Source: an uncultured Chlamydiales bacterium
GTDB taxonomy: Bacteria; Chlamydiota; Chlamydiia; Chlamydiales; Rhabdochlamydiaceae
Direction: 5' to 3'
NCBI GenBank assembly: GCA_963700985.1
Contig: OY969554.1
Coordinates: forward strand, 160,001-224,000
Length of the DNA: 64,000 bases
Position 1 is the first letter of the stretch. The number at the start of each line of letters is the position of its first letter. The translations under genes and the position numbers were made by a program. The notes beneath the pieces were generated by a model, which saw only the letters and a list, made by a program, of their open reading frames with translations, made no database searches and was not told the origin of the DNA. This document shows positions 9,489 to 20,125 of this stretch, piece after piece.

Positions 9489-10273
9489 AACAGCCTCAAG
9501 AAGATAAAATCATTTCAGAATTTTTAAAGTCACTGGGACCATGGCGTGAGTTCGTTGTTATTGGGGGTGGTTTTGCTCTTTTTATTTACAAGCTTTACCT
9601 CGCCGATCCCAAGCTCGAGAATCTTCCTGTCGGAACGCGAGATATCGACTCGTTGATTCCCAGAAGAGTTCCTGAGATCTCTAAGAAGAACATCGCCAAA
9701 TATCTCAATGAAGCGGGCTTTACTCACGTCTTCAAAGATGTCGATATTCCTGCAACCGAAAGTTTTGTGAAAGAGATCGATGGTGTAGAAGTAGAGATCG
9801 AGTTTTTAACGGACTCGGCTACCCGAGATGATAAGAATAAAAATGTCATGATCGCAGGCATTGTTGCTCAGCCATTGAGCTACTTGACGCTGAGCCTGCA
9901 AACGACAATGGAATTTCGAACCTATTCAGGAGAAGCGGGAAAAGTCGTCTCACCTGGAGCATGGATCTTCCATAAAGGGCTTACTTTTACTAGGCGGAAA
10001 AGCTCATCAAAGATGCTCAAAGATCTCTATGGGATCTGGTATGTAGTGACACAGCTGGGAGATTTCTCCGATCAAGCGCTTACGGAGTTTGCTTTCCTCT
10101 CTCAACAGCATCCAAAATGGTTGCAGACATTTCAGAAGCAATTGTCCAATTGGATAAATCAAGCTTCTCCAAGTGATTGGTCTAAATTAGAGTCTCAAGA
10201 TCCGTCTGGAAAGCTGAAAAAGCTAAGTTTTGAGCGATCTATACAGAGGCTTGCGAGTGGCGCAAGAGTATGA
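9485..10273 (+). CDS. nucleotidyltransferase toxin (AbiEii-like / GSU2403-like)
   Basis: VVIGGGFA...TRDID pol-beta NTase motif, HK and KDLY motifs; ATGA overlap with the upstream gene. Confidence 0.75.
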   Translation: MKQPQEDKIISEFLKSLGPWREFVVIGGGFALFIYKLYLADPKLENLPVGTRDIDSLIPRRVPEISKKNIAKYLNEAGFTHVFKDVDIPATESFVKEIDGVEVEIEFLTDSATRDDKNKNVMIAGIVAQPLSYLTLSLQTTMEFRTYSGEAGKVVSPGAWIFHKGLTFTRRKSSSKMLKDLYGIWYVVTQLGDFSDQALTEFAFLSQQHPKWLQTFQKQLSNWINQASPSDWSKLESQDPSGKLKKLSFERSIQRLASGARV

Positions 10274-10278
10274 GGTCT

Positions 10279-11064
10279 TTAGAGGCTTATCCCTTTGCAA
10301 AACCATTCTATTGTTTCTTTGCTTTTTATCCCTGCACCTCCTAGGGGATAGCCATAGCTTCTATATGTTGAAAGGAAGTAGAGATTAGATATGACCTCTT
10401 CGAGGTAGTCAATATAGATTTTTACGTCTTTCCATTCTGGTTGATAAGCTGGATTTTTGAGGTCAACATGAGCTGCAACCCGATCTCTGTAATCATTGAT
10501 TATTTTTCTTTTCTCAAATAAGTCATTTCTAATTTCTTCAAAATTTTCGGCGCGTGGCTGTCCTTGGTCGTTTAAACCGAATTTAAAAAACACTTTTGAA
10601 AGCTGTTCATGTCGAGTGAGGCACGCTAAATATTCGTTTTTGCGAACCGGATCAGCATTACCTTGTGCCTCTACGAGTTTCTTTAGAGGAGTCTTTTTAA
10701 ATAGGCACGTGTATTTAGAGGTGATTGAATTAATTAGAGATAAGGTTTTATCTGTGATGTCAGAAAGTGCGATGGGAATAAATTTACACAAGTCTTCGAA
10801 TAACAAAATAAGAGAGATATTTCGGATTGGGATATTTGGTAAGTTCTGCGCGACAGCAACAAGTATTTCGAACTTATGTTTCAATATATCAAATGGATCG
10901 AAGATTTCATTCTTTATTCTATTAGAAAACTCTTCTCGCAATAAATAGTGCACGTCAAGGTTTTCTGTAATAAATTTAACGTGTTCTTCTGTCAGTGGGT
11001 GAAGTTCAGCCCCATTGTATAGCCAATCAATCGTTCCATTAAGAAATGGCGGCAAAGTCTTCAT
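10279..11064 (-). CDS. HEPN-domain protein (AbiU2-like), putative RNase
   Basis: Helical protein with Rx5H motif YRDRVAAH near the C-terminus; located in the defence island. Confidence 0.55.
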   Translation of the reverse strand: MKTLPPFLNGTIDWLYNGAELHPLTEEHVKFITENLDVHYLLREEFSNRIKNEIFDPFDILKHKFEILVAVAQNLPNIPIRNISLILLFEDLCKFIPIALSDITDKTLSLINSITSKYTCLFKKTPLKKLVEAQGNADPVRKNEYLACLTRHEQLSKVFFKFGLNDQGQPRAENFEEIRNDLFEKRKIINDYRDRVAAHVDLKNPAYQPEWKDVKIYIDYLEEVISNLYFLSTYRSYGYPLGGAGIKSKETIEWFCKGISL

Positions 11065-11201
11065 TCTTTTTCCCTCGTTAAAGAGAGGAATTCTATAGAG
11101 AAAATGAGTTTTTTTCCACTGACGCCATTTTTCGTTCCAACAATTTGCAATAGAATTCGATCGTTTACAACTAAACTCGTGCTATAACAATAGGAGCAAA
11201 C

Positions 11202-12338
11202 ATGGAACAGAAAGAAAGCTTGGGAAAAACGGAAAATGATCTCAGAGGAATTATCGTGAGGACTCATAGGCATTGCCAAACCTATCGAGTGCGTATTCGG
11301 ATGAAGGGCGGTCAGTGTTTTGATAGATCATTTAGATCGAAGACTCTCGCGAAAAAATGGAAGAGGGATATGGAATCGGCAATCGAGCATGACCGGTATG
11401 AATTCACGAATCCTGCAACCAAACATATCCTTGCGGATCTGATCAACCTCTACATCGAGAGGGTGCTGCCTGGGAAGCCACGGAATGCCAAGAATGTTCT
11501 TCGGCACCTGACTTGGTGGAAGGAGGAACTTGGGCATTTGCTGTTAGCTCAAGTGCGGCCTAGCATAATCGCAGAAAAAAGGGATGAGCTGCTTGCGGGC
11601 TTTGTTAGAAGCGGAAAGCTCCGCTCTCCTACAACGGTGGTGCGCTATCTGAGCAGTTTATCCCATGTCTTTTCAAAGGCGGTCAAAGAGTGGGAGTGGA
11701 TGAGAGAGAATCCTATTTTTAAGATTGAAAAGCCCAAGCAGGCGCAAGGTAGAAAGCGGGTATTAACTGATGAGGAGCAAAAAAGACTTTTGCAGGCATG
11801 CCAAGAGAGCGGATCGAAAGACTTGTTCTTGATCGTTGCTCTTGCCCTAGGAACGGGTATGCGAAAAGGCGAAATCATGGGGCTGAGATGGAGAAATATT
11901 CAGTTGGGAGAGCCCACAGGAACAATTCTGCTTGAGAGGACGAAGAATGGTCGTTCAAGGTCTGTTTTGATTACCGGCCTATTGCTAGGGCTTTTGCAAG
12001 AACGATACAAACAGCAGCGCGCTGATAGCTTGGTCTTTCCATCTCCCAATTATCCCACCCAGCCTGTTGATATCCGATCTGCTTGGGAAAGAGCCTTGCA
12101 AAAAGCTGAGATAGAAGGATTTGTTTTCCATGGATTGCGTCATCAGGCGGCTTCTCAAGCAGCAACGATTGAAAACAGTCCTTTGGTCATTGCAGAGTTG
12201 CTCGGCCATCAGACCCTTCAGATGACCAGGCATTACGTTCATTTGCCAAGCGCTCATATGCACACGATGGTCGAAGCACTTCAATCAAAAATCTTTCAAA
12301 ACTATCAGGAGGGCAGCCATGCACAACTTAGAAAATAA
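11202..12338 (+). CDS. tyrosine recombinase/integrase (second copy)
   Basis: GMRKGE, TKNG, HGLRH, LLGH and MTRHY catalytic motifs. Confidence 0.92.
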   Translation: MEQKESLGKTENDLRGIIVRTHRHCQTYRVRIRMKGGQCFDRSFRSKTLAKKWKRDMESAIEHDRYEFTNPATKHILADLINLYIERVLPGKPRNAKNVLRHLTWWKEELGHLLLAQVRPSIIAEKRDELLAGFVRSGKLRSPTTVVRYLSSLSHVFSKAVKEWEWMRENPIFKIEKPKQAQGRKRVLTDEEQKRLLQACQESGSKDLFLIVALALGTGMRKGEIMGLRWRNIQLGEPTGTILLERTKNGRSRSVLITGLLLGLLQERYKQQRADSLVFPSPNYPTQPVDIRSAWERALQKAEIEGFVFHGLRHQAASQAATIENSPLVIAELLGHQTLQMTRHYVHLPSAHMHTMVEALQSKIFQNYQEGSHAQLRK

Positions 12339-13043
12339 GCCACAGGCATCATTGTGGAGGCCAGAGCTGCTCAGCGATGAGGAAATGCACGAATGCTTGA
12401 AGGAAACGTGCTGGACTGCCAGAAGAGCCGCTTATTATGTCCTCGGCTTGAAAATCCCCGATCTCGGTAGCCTTGAGGAAGAGAAAAGGCTTTGCCCTGA
12501 TTTTGAGAAGTATTTCGAGCTTTTCGAAAACTGTTTTGAAGAGGGAAGAATTGCAGTTCATTCCTTCTACTCGGAATATGGCAAGACTGTTCGGACTGCC
12601 TTGCCTGTCGATTGGTTGAAGCTAGTCCATAAGGGACGGCTGAAAGATGATGCCATCGAATGACAAGGAGGTAAAGCGGGAAGGTCTGTATGTCGCTCCT
12701 TTGCTCACAGAAGCTTGGCTGCTTTTGCAAGGGAAGGCGGTCTTCGCCAAAAGGCGACCTGCTCAAGAAAGGGACGATAAGCTTTTTGCTTGGAGTGCTG
12801 CCAGAAAGCTGCGCAAAGATTTTCCTCAGTTGTCCAACCGCCAAATGGCACAGATCATCTTCAAGCATTGCTCGAAGTGTGCAGAAGTATCCCTTCAAGA
12901 CTGTTTACGGCTGGGTCATCGATTCAGCCATTCCGATAAATGAAGAGCCTTCGCAAAGCAGAAGAGATAGAAATGGTCGTCCTAAAAAAGACAGCTATCA
13001 GAAGCTCTCTGTCGATTTCTCCTCCTATTTCAATAATTTGTAA
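12319..13043 (+). CDS. hypothetical protein(s), probably one gene split by indels
   Basis: Overlapping ORFs 12319..12663, 12647..12943 and 12690..13043 directly after the integrase; GGAGG RBS. Confidence 0.4.
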
Positions 13044-13058
13044 CTCACTGCTATTCAA

Positions 13059-13120
13059 CGCATTTTACGGTTTTCCCACCGACGCCATTTTTTCATGGCG
13101 ATAGGTCGCCGTAAAATGCG
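13059..13120. promoter_or_regulatory. nested inverted repeat upstream of the xis-rep operon
   Basis: CGCATTTTACGG/CCGTAAAATGCG 12-bp perfect arms enclosing CGCCAT/ATGGCG. Confidence 0.6.
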
Positions 13121-13158
13121 GTTATTAAATTCAAACTGCAATAGCAGAGGAGTGAGAA

Positions 13159-13452
13159 ATGAAAAACGATAGATCAAAAAATATAGACGAAGTGGCTGCA
13201 GAGCCAAAACAGACACGGTTCATCCCTGTGTCGAAATGGAATGAGTTTCATGAATGGCCACCAGTCGGTGGAATGCGCCACTTGATCTTTTTTCGAAACG
13301 AAAATGGGTTTGCCAAGGTCTTAAAGCGCCCTAATCGAACCTGGCTCATTGATGAGAAGGCATTTTTCAAGTGGGTATCTGAGAAAAAATACAGACCCCG
13401 CAAAAAGGAGCCCGAAGTCCAGGAAAACGCTAAAATCGCAGTACAGCCATGA
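13159..13452 (+). CDS. small DNA-binding protein, excisionase/AlpA-like
   Basis: 97 aa basic protein with WPPVGGMRHLIF...WLIDEKAFFKW pattern; lies between integrase and rep gene; GAGGAG RBS. Confidence 0.6.
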   Translation: MKNDRSKNIDEVAAEPKQTRFIPVSKWNEFHEWPPVGGMRHLIFFRNENGFAKVLKRPNRTWLIDEKAFFKWVSEKKYRPRKKEPEVQENAKIAVQP

Positions 13453-14503
13453 TAACTTCCGAAGGATTCGTAAAACTTTATCGAGAGGGACTTGCGCTTT
13501 TAGAACTCAGCCTTCCAGCTTTCGCGTTGTTGACGCAGATTGCTTTGCGTGCAAACCGGATGGATCCCGCTTATTCAATCTATCAACTCAAGGCTAACGA
13601 AGCACTCGTTGGCGATCATAAAAAGATTGGTTTGTCCAGGCAGCAATATCGTGATGCGGTACTGAGGCTTGAAGCACACGGTCTTGCGACTTTCCGAAAA
13701 ACCAATCAAGGGACTATTGCAGTTCTCACTAACAAAGCCATTTTTGACATCAATGCTGAATCGGATGAAGGGCCTATAAAGGCGTGCACAGCCTTAGAAA
13801 AAGAACCAAATTACAGCCAAGCAAAACCATTCATCAGCCATTAGAGAACCAAAAAGAAACCACTTTGGAACCATCAAAAGAACCATCAGATTTGTCAATG
13901 AAAAATCGAGAAAAAGAACCACCCAAAGAACCAGTTAACAACCACCAAAGAACCATAAAAGAACCGGATAGAAACCAATCGGGAACCAATCCAGAACCAC
14001 TAACAAAGAAAGAAGAAAAAGAAGAAGAAAAAAGAGCTGCAGCAGCCTATTCACGCACTTTTTACAAATGCTTGGATGGATTGGATTTGAGCGATCAGGA
14101 GAAGAGATCCCTGATGTGCTATAGCGAACATCGTGTGGCTCATGCTGCGGAATTTGTGAGAAGAAAGCACAATGTCGACAGCCCCATCGGGCTGATGATG
14201 TGGGTTTGCCAACAGCCTAGCCTCCCTGAGCTTCCCAAGGAAAATCGAAAAAGTATGACTCCTCAGCAAAAGCTTGCTTGGGAGTACAACCAATTTCTTA
14301 GCAGCAATGGCTATACTGCTCAAGCAAAGCAGAATGAGGAAAAGATCCCCAATGATCGAATGGTGATTTTAGAACAGGGGCAACTTATGCCGATTACGCT
14401 AAACCATCCCCTTCAGATCCTGCAGGAAGATTTTCGAAAGTCCAAAGAGGAAATTTTGAAAAGCCAGAGGATAGTTCGAGGGCTGCAAGGTGATAAATTA
14501 TAA
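13449..14503 (+). CDS. phage-like replication initiator, split by one frameshift near 13790-13840
   Basis: N-terminal GFVKLYR and winged-helix-like segment, low-complexity KEP-rich linker made of DNA repeats, and a C-terminal domain; ATGA overlap with the xis-like gene. Confidence 0.6.
13801..14035 (+). repeat. iteron-like GAACC array plus A-rich tract (putative intragenic origin)
   Basis: Ten GAACC cores (13803, 13846, 13868, 13880, 13916, 13928, 13950, 13961, 13983, 13994), then a purine-only tract at ~14005-14037. Confidence 0.6.
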
Positions 14504-14629
14504 GCGGTCTGACAAGGCACAATGGGGAGACTTTAGGGAGGGGTTTTGCGGAGCTAATAAAAAGAGAAAATACCCTAGCAAAACCTCCACCCATCCCGTA
14601 AATATTTTCCGTTTTTCAAGAAGATTCAT

Positions 14630-14658
14630 TTGACACAATGTTATCCTTTGGATAACAT
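14630..14658 (+). promoter_or_regulatory. sigma70/66-type promoter overlapped by a palindromic operator
   Basis: TTGACA(14630)-17 bp-TAACAT(14653); ATGTTATCC-ttt-GGATAACAT perfect inverted repeat at 14638-14658. Confidence 0.7.
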
Positions 14659-14687
14659 GATGAAAGTTCAGCAAAATAGGTTTCCAG

Positions 14688-17600
14688 ATGAGTGAGTCTG
14701 AAGTAAGAACAATCGAACCGCAAGCAATCCGGCGCATTCGAGGATCGCTTGGGTTGACTCAAGACGAATTCGCAAAAGAACTGGGAGTTTCAAAGATAAC
14801 GATAGTTCGATGGGAATCCGGAGATAGGGCTTGTAAAGGTGCTTCCGCGCGCCAAATTTATGATTTGGAGCGAAAAAGATGTGCTAATATGATTCGTCGG
14901 ACAACTACAATCTTTTCAGTCGGAGTAGATGATCTTTCACGCCTGGATGGGATTCAAGCAACTCGAACATTTAGAGATTTTCTATACTGCGAAGCCCGCA
15001 GAATAGGCATTCCAATCAATGATATTGATATTTGCGAATCAGAGCTCTCCGATGGGGGAATTGATGCAAGAGTGAATGATAAGCTTCTTATCGCTACAGA
15101 TAGTATTATCTTGCCGGGGAAAAATTATTTTCAGATAAAAGCTGGGAGTAGCGCCAAACCTTGGAATAAATCTTGGGTTCAAAAAGAATTATTCGGCAAA
15201 AGTGGGCTATCGCATGTTTTAAGAGAAAAAATCGGTAAAGAAGTTCTGAGGTGTTTAGAAGAGAATGGGCGATATGTATTAGTTTGCTTTGGAAAGGATC
15301 TAACCCCAGAACAGATTTCGGATGCTAAAGCTCACCTTGTATCGCATTTCGCGCAGTGTGGCTATCCAAATGCTAAAGTAGAAGTATGGGGGCAACAGCA
15401 TTTGATCGGGATGATTTCTCCCTTTCTTTCCCTGTGTTTGCAACTTACCGATCGAAAGGGATGGAAATTTAAATATTACTCAAGCTGGAAGCTGGATCAG
15501 GACATGGCACAAGCTTTTTGCCTGGATGAACAGAGAAACCGTCTAATTCTAGAAATACGTGAACATTTATTTAAGGACGAAATCCGTCATATTCGATTGG
15601 TAGGAGATTCTGGAGTGGGGAAGACGCGCCTTGCTTTAGAAATACTATCTCATTATGCCTTGTTTCCGTCAGTTGTCTATGTCCCTAATGCAGAAGATTT
15701 TCAAAGTGGCTCATTATTCAACAGCTTGTGTAGGTCCGATGCTGAATATTTTGTTATCTTGGTACTTGATAATTGCTCTTCACAAAAATGTAAGGAAATT
15801 TGGAATTCGTTACGTAATCGATCAAATCAATGTAGAATTATTTCAATTGATCAAAGCGGTTACAAGACTAATGACCAGTTGGAATGTGTACTTGAATGCC
15901 CTCTTTTGCCAGAAGATAAAATTAATGAAATAATCAAAAATTACATTGGAACAACTTCTGATTTGAGACGTTGGGCTGAATTTTGTTCAGGCTCTGCTCG
16001 AGTTGCTCATGTGATTGGACAAAATCTACGGGATTGTCCAGAAAATCTTTTTCGAGAGCCATCTACTGTTTCAATTTGGGATAAATTTATAGCTGGATAC
16101 AGTTCTTTAGAAAGTGTTGATGTTCAAAACAAGCTATTCGTTTTGAAATACTTATCTCTATTTGAAAGATTTGGTTTTGAGTCTCCTGTAACAGAAGAGG
16201 CAAAGTTTATTTGGGGCCTCATAAATAAGGCTGATCCTACAGTCACTTGGAGTAAGTTCCAGTCGATCATCCAAGAGCTGAAACGACAGCGTATTCTTCA
16301 AGGGGAAACAACTCTTCGTATCACTCCAAAAGCGCTGCATATTTATTTGTGGCTTCGCTTTTGGAACGAAAACGGTCGCGGCTTCCTCGAAGGGGATTCA
16401 ATGGACAACATGCCTCCTCAACTCTACCTATGGTTTGGGAGAATGTTTCCTTATGCCCATGCTTCCCAAGTTGCGGCTCAAGAAATTAAACAATTGCTAG
16501 TTACTGAAGGGCCATTTTACAAGTCAAAGGTATTAAATTCGACGGAGTTAAAGCTTCTTAACGAACTGGCTCTTGCGTCCCCAGAAAGGACTTTAACCTA
16601 CATTGAGGCAAGTATTGGTCAATGCAGCTATGAGAATCTTTTGGCGTTTAAAAAAGGAAGGCAAGACGTGGTTTGGGCTCTTGAAAAAATTGCCTGGTGG
16701 CCACATTTATTTTGCCGAGCTGCTGAGGTTCTGCGTAGGCTTGCTGAAACTGAAAACGAAACACATTCAAACAATTCCAAAGGTGCTTTTGCTGATCTTT
16801 TCAGTCTCGCGCCAGGATTTTCCCCTACAGGTGCCACTCCCTTAGAGCGATTATCCGTTTTAGAAAACGCTCTTAATTCATCTTCTTCTATCACGCGTGA
16901 GGTTGGGGTCATCGCCTGCCGCAAGGCTCTTTCTTTACCCATACATTCGGGATTTCGCATTGTTGGCTCCGAGTACCAAGGATTACGGCAAACTCTTTCG
17001 CCTTGGATGCCTAAAACATGGGATGAGTATAAAGATGCATACCAAATTATTTGGAAGCTTCTTACTGATGCCAGCCGAAAGTGGAGTATTGATGATCGCG
17101 CAAAGGCTAATTCTAATCTTACCGATTCAGCAAGATATCTATTAGATTTCGACTGGATGAGAGAACCCATTCTTAGAACACTGAATGAACTGGCAGATGA
17201 CGAAGCAACAAATATAAGTAATTTTTTAGATACATTAACCCATCTAATACGATTTAAATCTGAAGAACTGCGTCAGATCTCATCGTTTTCCTCAAAGCGA
17301 TTGATGCCCGGATTACCGGCACAACTTTTTCTTCGCACATCAGACGATGGATTCATTTAAGCGGTTATAATGATCATTTCGATGAAAATGGAAGAAATGA
17401 TGATACTTATAATCAGCGGATTAAGAATCTTGCTTCGGAGGCTGTGTTAAATAGTGATCTGGTCAAAAAAGAGCTTCCTAATCTTATAACAGAGGTAAAT
17501 AGAGTTGTCTTTCAATTTGGGAAAGATATAGGCGAATGTGATAGTGAAAAGAGTCTGCTTAGGAAATCATTGAGGTTTATAGACTAAACCTGTAAATGCT

Positions 17601-18634
17601 TCCTCCATTCTAGGAGGCTATTTAAAAGCTATCTTCGAGTCCAGCCCAACTCAGTGGGAAGAGCTTGTTTTTGGGCTAATTAGTGATATCACCTTCTGTA
17701 AATTAATTGGGATGTTCATTCGAGATTCTGGTTTTACAGACACCTCTATTGAACAACTACTCAGTGAGTATGATGCAGGGAAGCTTGACATAGATAGTCT
17801 TCTTTGTTTTCACCATTCTCAAGGATTAAAATCTTTGAAGTTAGTAAATATTCAAAAGCTTGCTGAACGGTTCGAAAAAGCAGGCAAAATTCTCAATGCT
17901 TTGGAACATTTGGAAGACATATATGTAATAAAAGAGCTCCGAAAAAACTCCCTAAGATCTCACAATGGGCTCCTAAAGGCCATCAATGTCTCACCTCCTT
18001 GTCATTCAATACATGAGTATCATTGGAATATTCTGGCTGAACAATTTATATCTCAATTTCCTAAGAGGAATGCGAGGTATTTCAAGCGGTTCTTGATAAA
18101 TCTTCTAAAGACATTGGATGCTTTCATTCCGATAATTCAATTTTAAGATTATCCAAGGAATTATCGCCTCTTGCCCCGAACAATGCTGGTCTATGATTGC
18201 TTCAAAGCTTGATACACTAAAAGAAATTGAAATATTCAGATTCACTCATTGGTTCAACTCTAGCGGCCTTCATCTGACACTATTTCCTCCGAAAGTTATC
18301 CTTGATTGGATTGCAGAAGCACCAACTAATCGAGCAGTTTCTATTGCGGGCATAGTTCCTCCTTTGCCAACTGAGGAATCTGCAGGTTTTCGTGCGTGAG
18401 CTACTAAATAGGTATGGGGATCAAGAGCAGGTTCAAGACGTACTTTTATCGAATTTCTTTTCCGGTAGTTGGGTAGGGCTCGAAAGTGCATATTTTCAGA
18501 GTAAGCACGAACTTGCGCATGAATGGCTTAAAAAGGAAACTTCAATGCGAGTACGAAGATGGTTGGAAAAATACGTTGCTGTTCTCTCAGAACATGTTAA
18601 AGGAGCAAAAATTAGAGAAGAACGTGAATTTTAG
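14688..18634 (+). CDS. XRE-HTH + PD-(D/E)XK nuclease + STAND NTPase + helical sensor (Avs4-like antiviral protein); 3' third broken by several indels
   Basis: HTH (LGLTQDEFAKELGVSKITIVRWESG), DGGID...YFQIK nuclease motif, Walker A GDSGVGKT, Walker B ILVLDNC; fragments 17712..18146, 18193..18399 and 18392..18634 end with an FFSGSWVG...VRRW...EERE tail typical of such proteins. Confidence 0.7.
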
Positions 18635-18643
18635 ACGGATTTT

Positions 18644-20125
18644 TTAGTTAAGCGATATTGATACGTTCTTAAAATTCGCAAGAGCTGCTTCTAGATTTTC
18701 AATAATCTCAGATGCCAGTATTTCCGGATCGGGGAGATTGTCGAGATCGGTCAGGCTTTTATCTTTAAGCCAAAAAATATCCAAGCTGGTTTTGTCTCGG
18801 ACGATCAACTCTTCATAGGTGTATTTGCGCCAACGCCCTTCTGGGTTAGTCTCAGGATCCCACGACTCTTTGCGAACATGACGATTTTGTGGGTTGTAGC
18901 ATTGAATGAAGTCTTGTAGATCGCTAAAACGCATTGGCTGCTTCTTCAGCGTGTGGTGGATGTTCGTTCGATAATCATAGTACCAAACCTCTTTTGACCA
19001 ATGAGACGGGCTGGCTTCGCGGTTGTCAAAGAAGAGCACATTAGCTTTGACTCCATTTGCGTAAAAAATACCAGTGGGTAAACGCAAAATGGTATGCAAG
19101 TCGGTATTCTCTAGAAGCTTTCTCCGAATGATTTCCCCTGCACCACCCTCAAAAAGGACGTTATCAGGCACTACAACAGCGGTACGCCCTGTTGTTTTGA
19201 GCATCGTCCGAATGTGCTGCACAAAATTGAGCTGTTTATTGGAGGTCGTTGCCCAAAAGTCCTGGCGGTTGTAGGTTAAATCATCTCTCTCTTGCTCTCC
19301 TTCATCATTGGTAAAGCTCATACTGCTCTTTTTTCCAAAGGGAGGATTGGCAAGGACATAGTCAAATCGCTGTCCGCTATCCGCAATTAGAGCGTCATTC
19401 GGAGAAACTGGGGTGTCGCCGTCAATTTCACCAATGTTATGGAGGAACATATTCATGAGGCAAAGACGGCGTGTGTTTGCGACGATTTCATTCCCGTAGA
19501 AAGTTTCTCGCTTTAAAAAGGCTTTTTGACTCTTATCTATTTGAGTCTTATTCGAATTGATGATGAAATCATAGGCAGCAAGAAAAAATCCTCCCGTTCC
19601 GCAAGCGGGATCTGCAATCGTCTTGCCAGGCTCGGGGCGGATACATTCCACCATGGCTTTGATAAGCGCGCGAGGGGTGAAGTACTGTCCTGCTCCTGAT
19701 TTCGTATCTTCTGCGTTCTTCTCTAATAGGCTTTCGTAGATATCTCCCTTGATATCAGCCTCCATGACTACCCACTCAATTTCATCGACCATGTTGATGA
19801 GGCGATATAATTTGGCAGGATCTTGGATTTTATTCTGCGCCTTGGTGAAGATCTGGCCAAGCATGCCTTTTTTAGATCCTAGCTCTCGTAATACAGTAAG
19901 GTAATGTGTTTCTAGCTCTGCACCTTTTTTTGATTTAAGGGTTTGCCAACTATAGAGCTCTGGGATTCCTACATTTCTACTGTAGGGTGGCCTAGAGTAT
20001 TCGTCAGCCATTTTAAGAAAGATGAGATAAGTTAGTTGCTCAAGATAATCGCCATAGCTGACGCCATCATCGCGTAAAGTAGTGCAGAAGCTCCAAACTT
20101 TGGATACGATTGATGCTGTGTTCAT
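18644..20125 (-). CDS. hsdM: type I R-M methyltransferase subunit
   Basis: GQYFTPR, DPACGTGGF and NPPF motifs. Confidence 0.95.
   Translation of the reverse strand: MNTASIVSKVWSFCTTLRDDGVSYGDYLEQLTYLIFLKMADEYSRPPYSRNVGIPELYSWQTLKSKKGAELETHYLTVLRELGSKKGMLGQIFTKAQNKIQDPAKLYRLINMVDEIEWVVMEADIKGDIYESLLEKNAEDTKSGAGQYFTPRALIKAMVECIRPEPGKTIADPACGTGGFFLAAYDFIINSNKTQIDKSQKAFLKRETFYGNEIVANTRRLCLMNMFLHNIGEIDGDTPVSPNDALIADSGQRFDYVLANPPFGKKSSMSFTNDEGEQERDDLTYNRQDFWATTSNKQLNFVQHIRTMLKTTGRTAVVVPDNVLFEGGAGEIIRRKLLENTDLHTILRLPTGIFYANGVKANVLFFDNREASPSHWSKEVWYYDYRTNIHHTLKKQPMRFSDLQDFIQCYNPQNRHVRKESWDPETNPEGRWRKYTYEELIVRDKTSLDIFWLKDKSLTDLDNLPDPEILASEIIENLEAALANFKNVSISLN

Noticed and set aside
13801-14000. CRISPR array in the GAACC repeats
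   Set aside because: The repeats are only 5-10 bp, irregularly spaced and inside a coding region.
14536-14588. GGTTTTGC/GCAAAACC inverted repeat as IS or MITE ends
   Set aside because: The arms are short, with no transposase, target duplication or second copy in the window.
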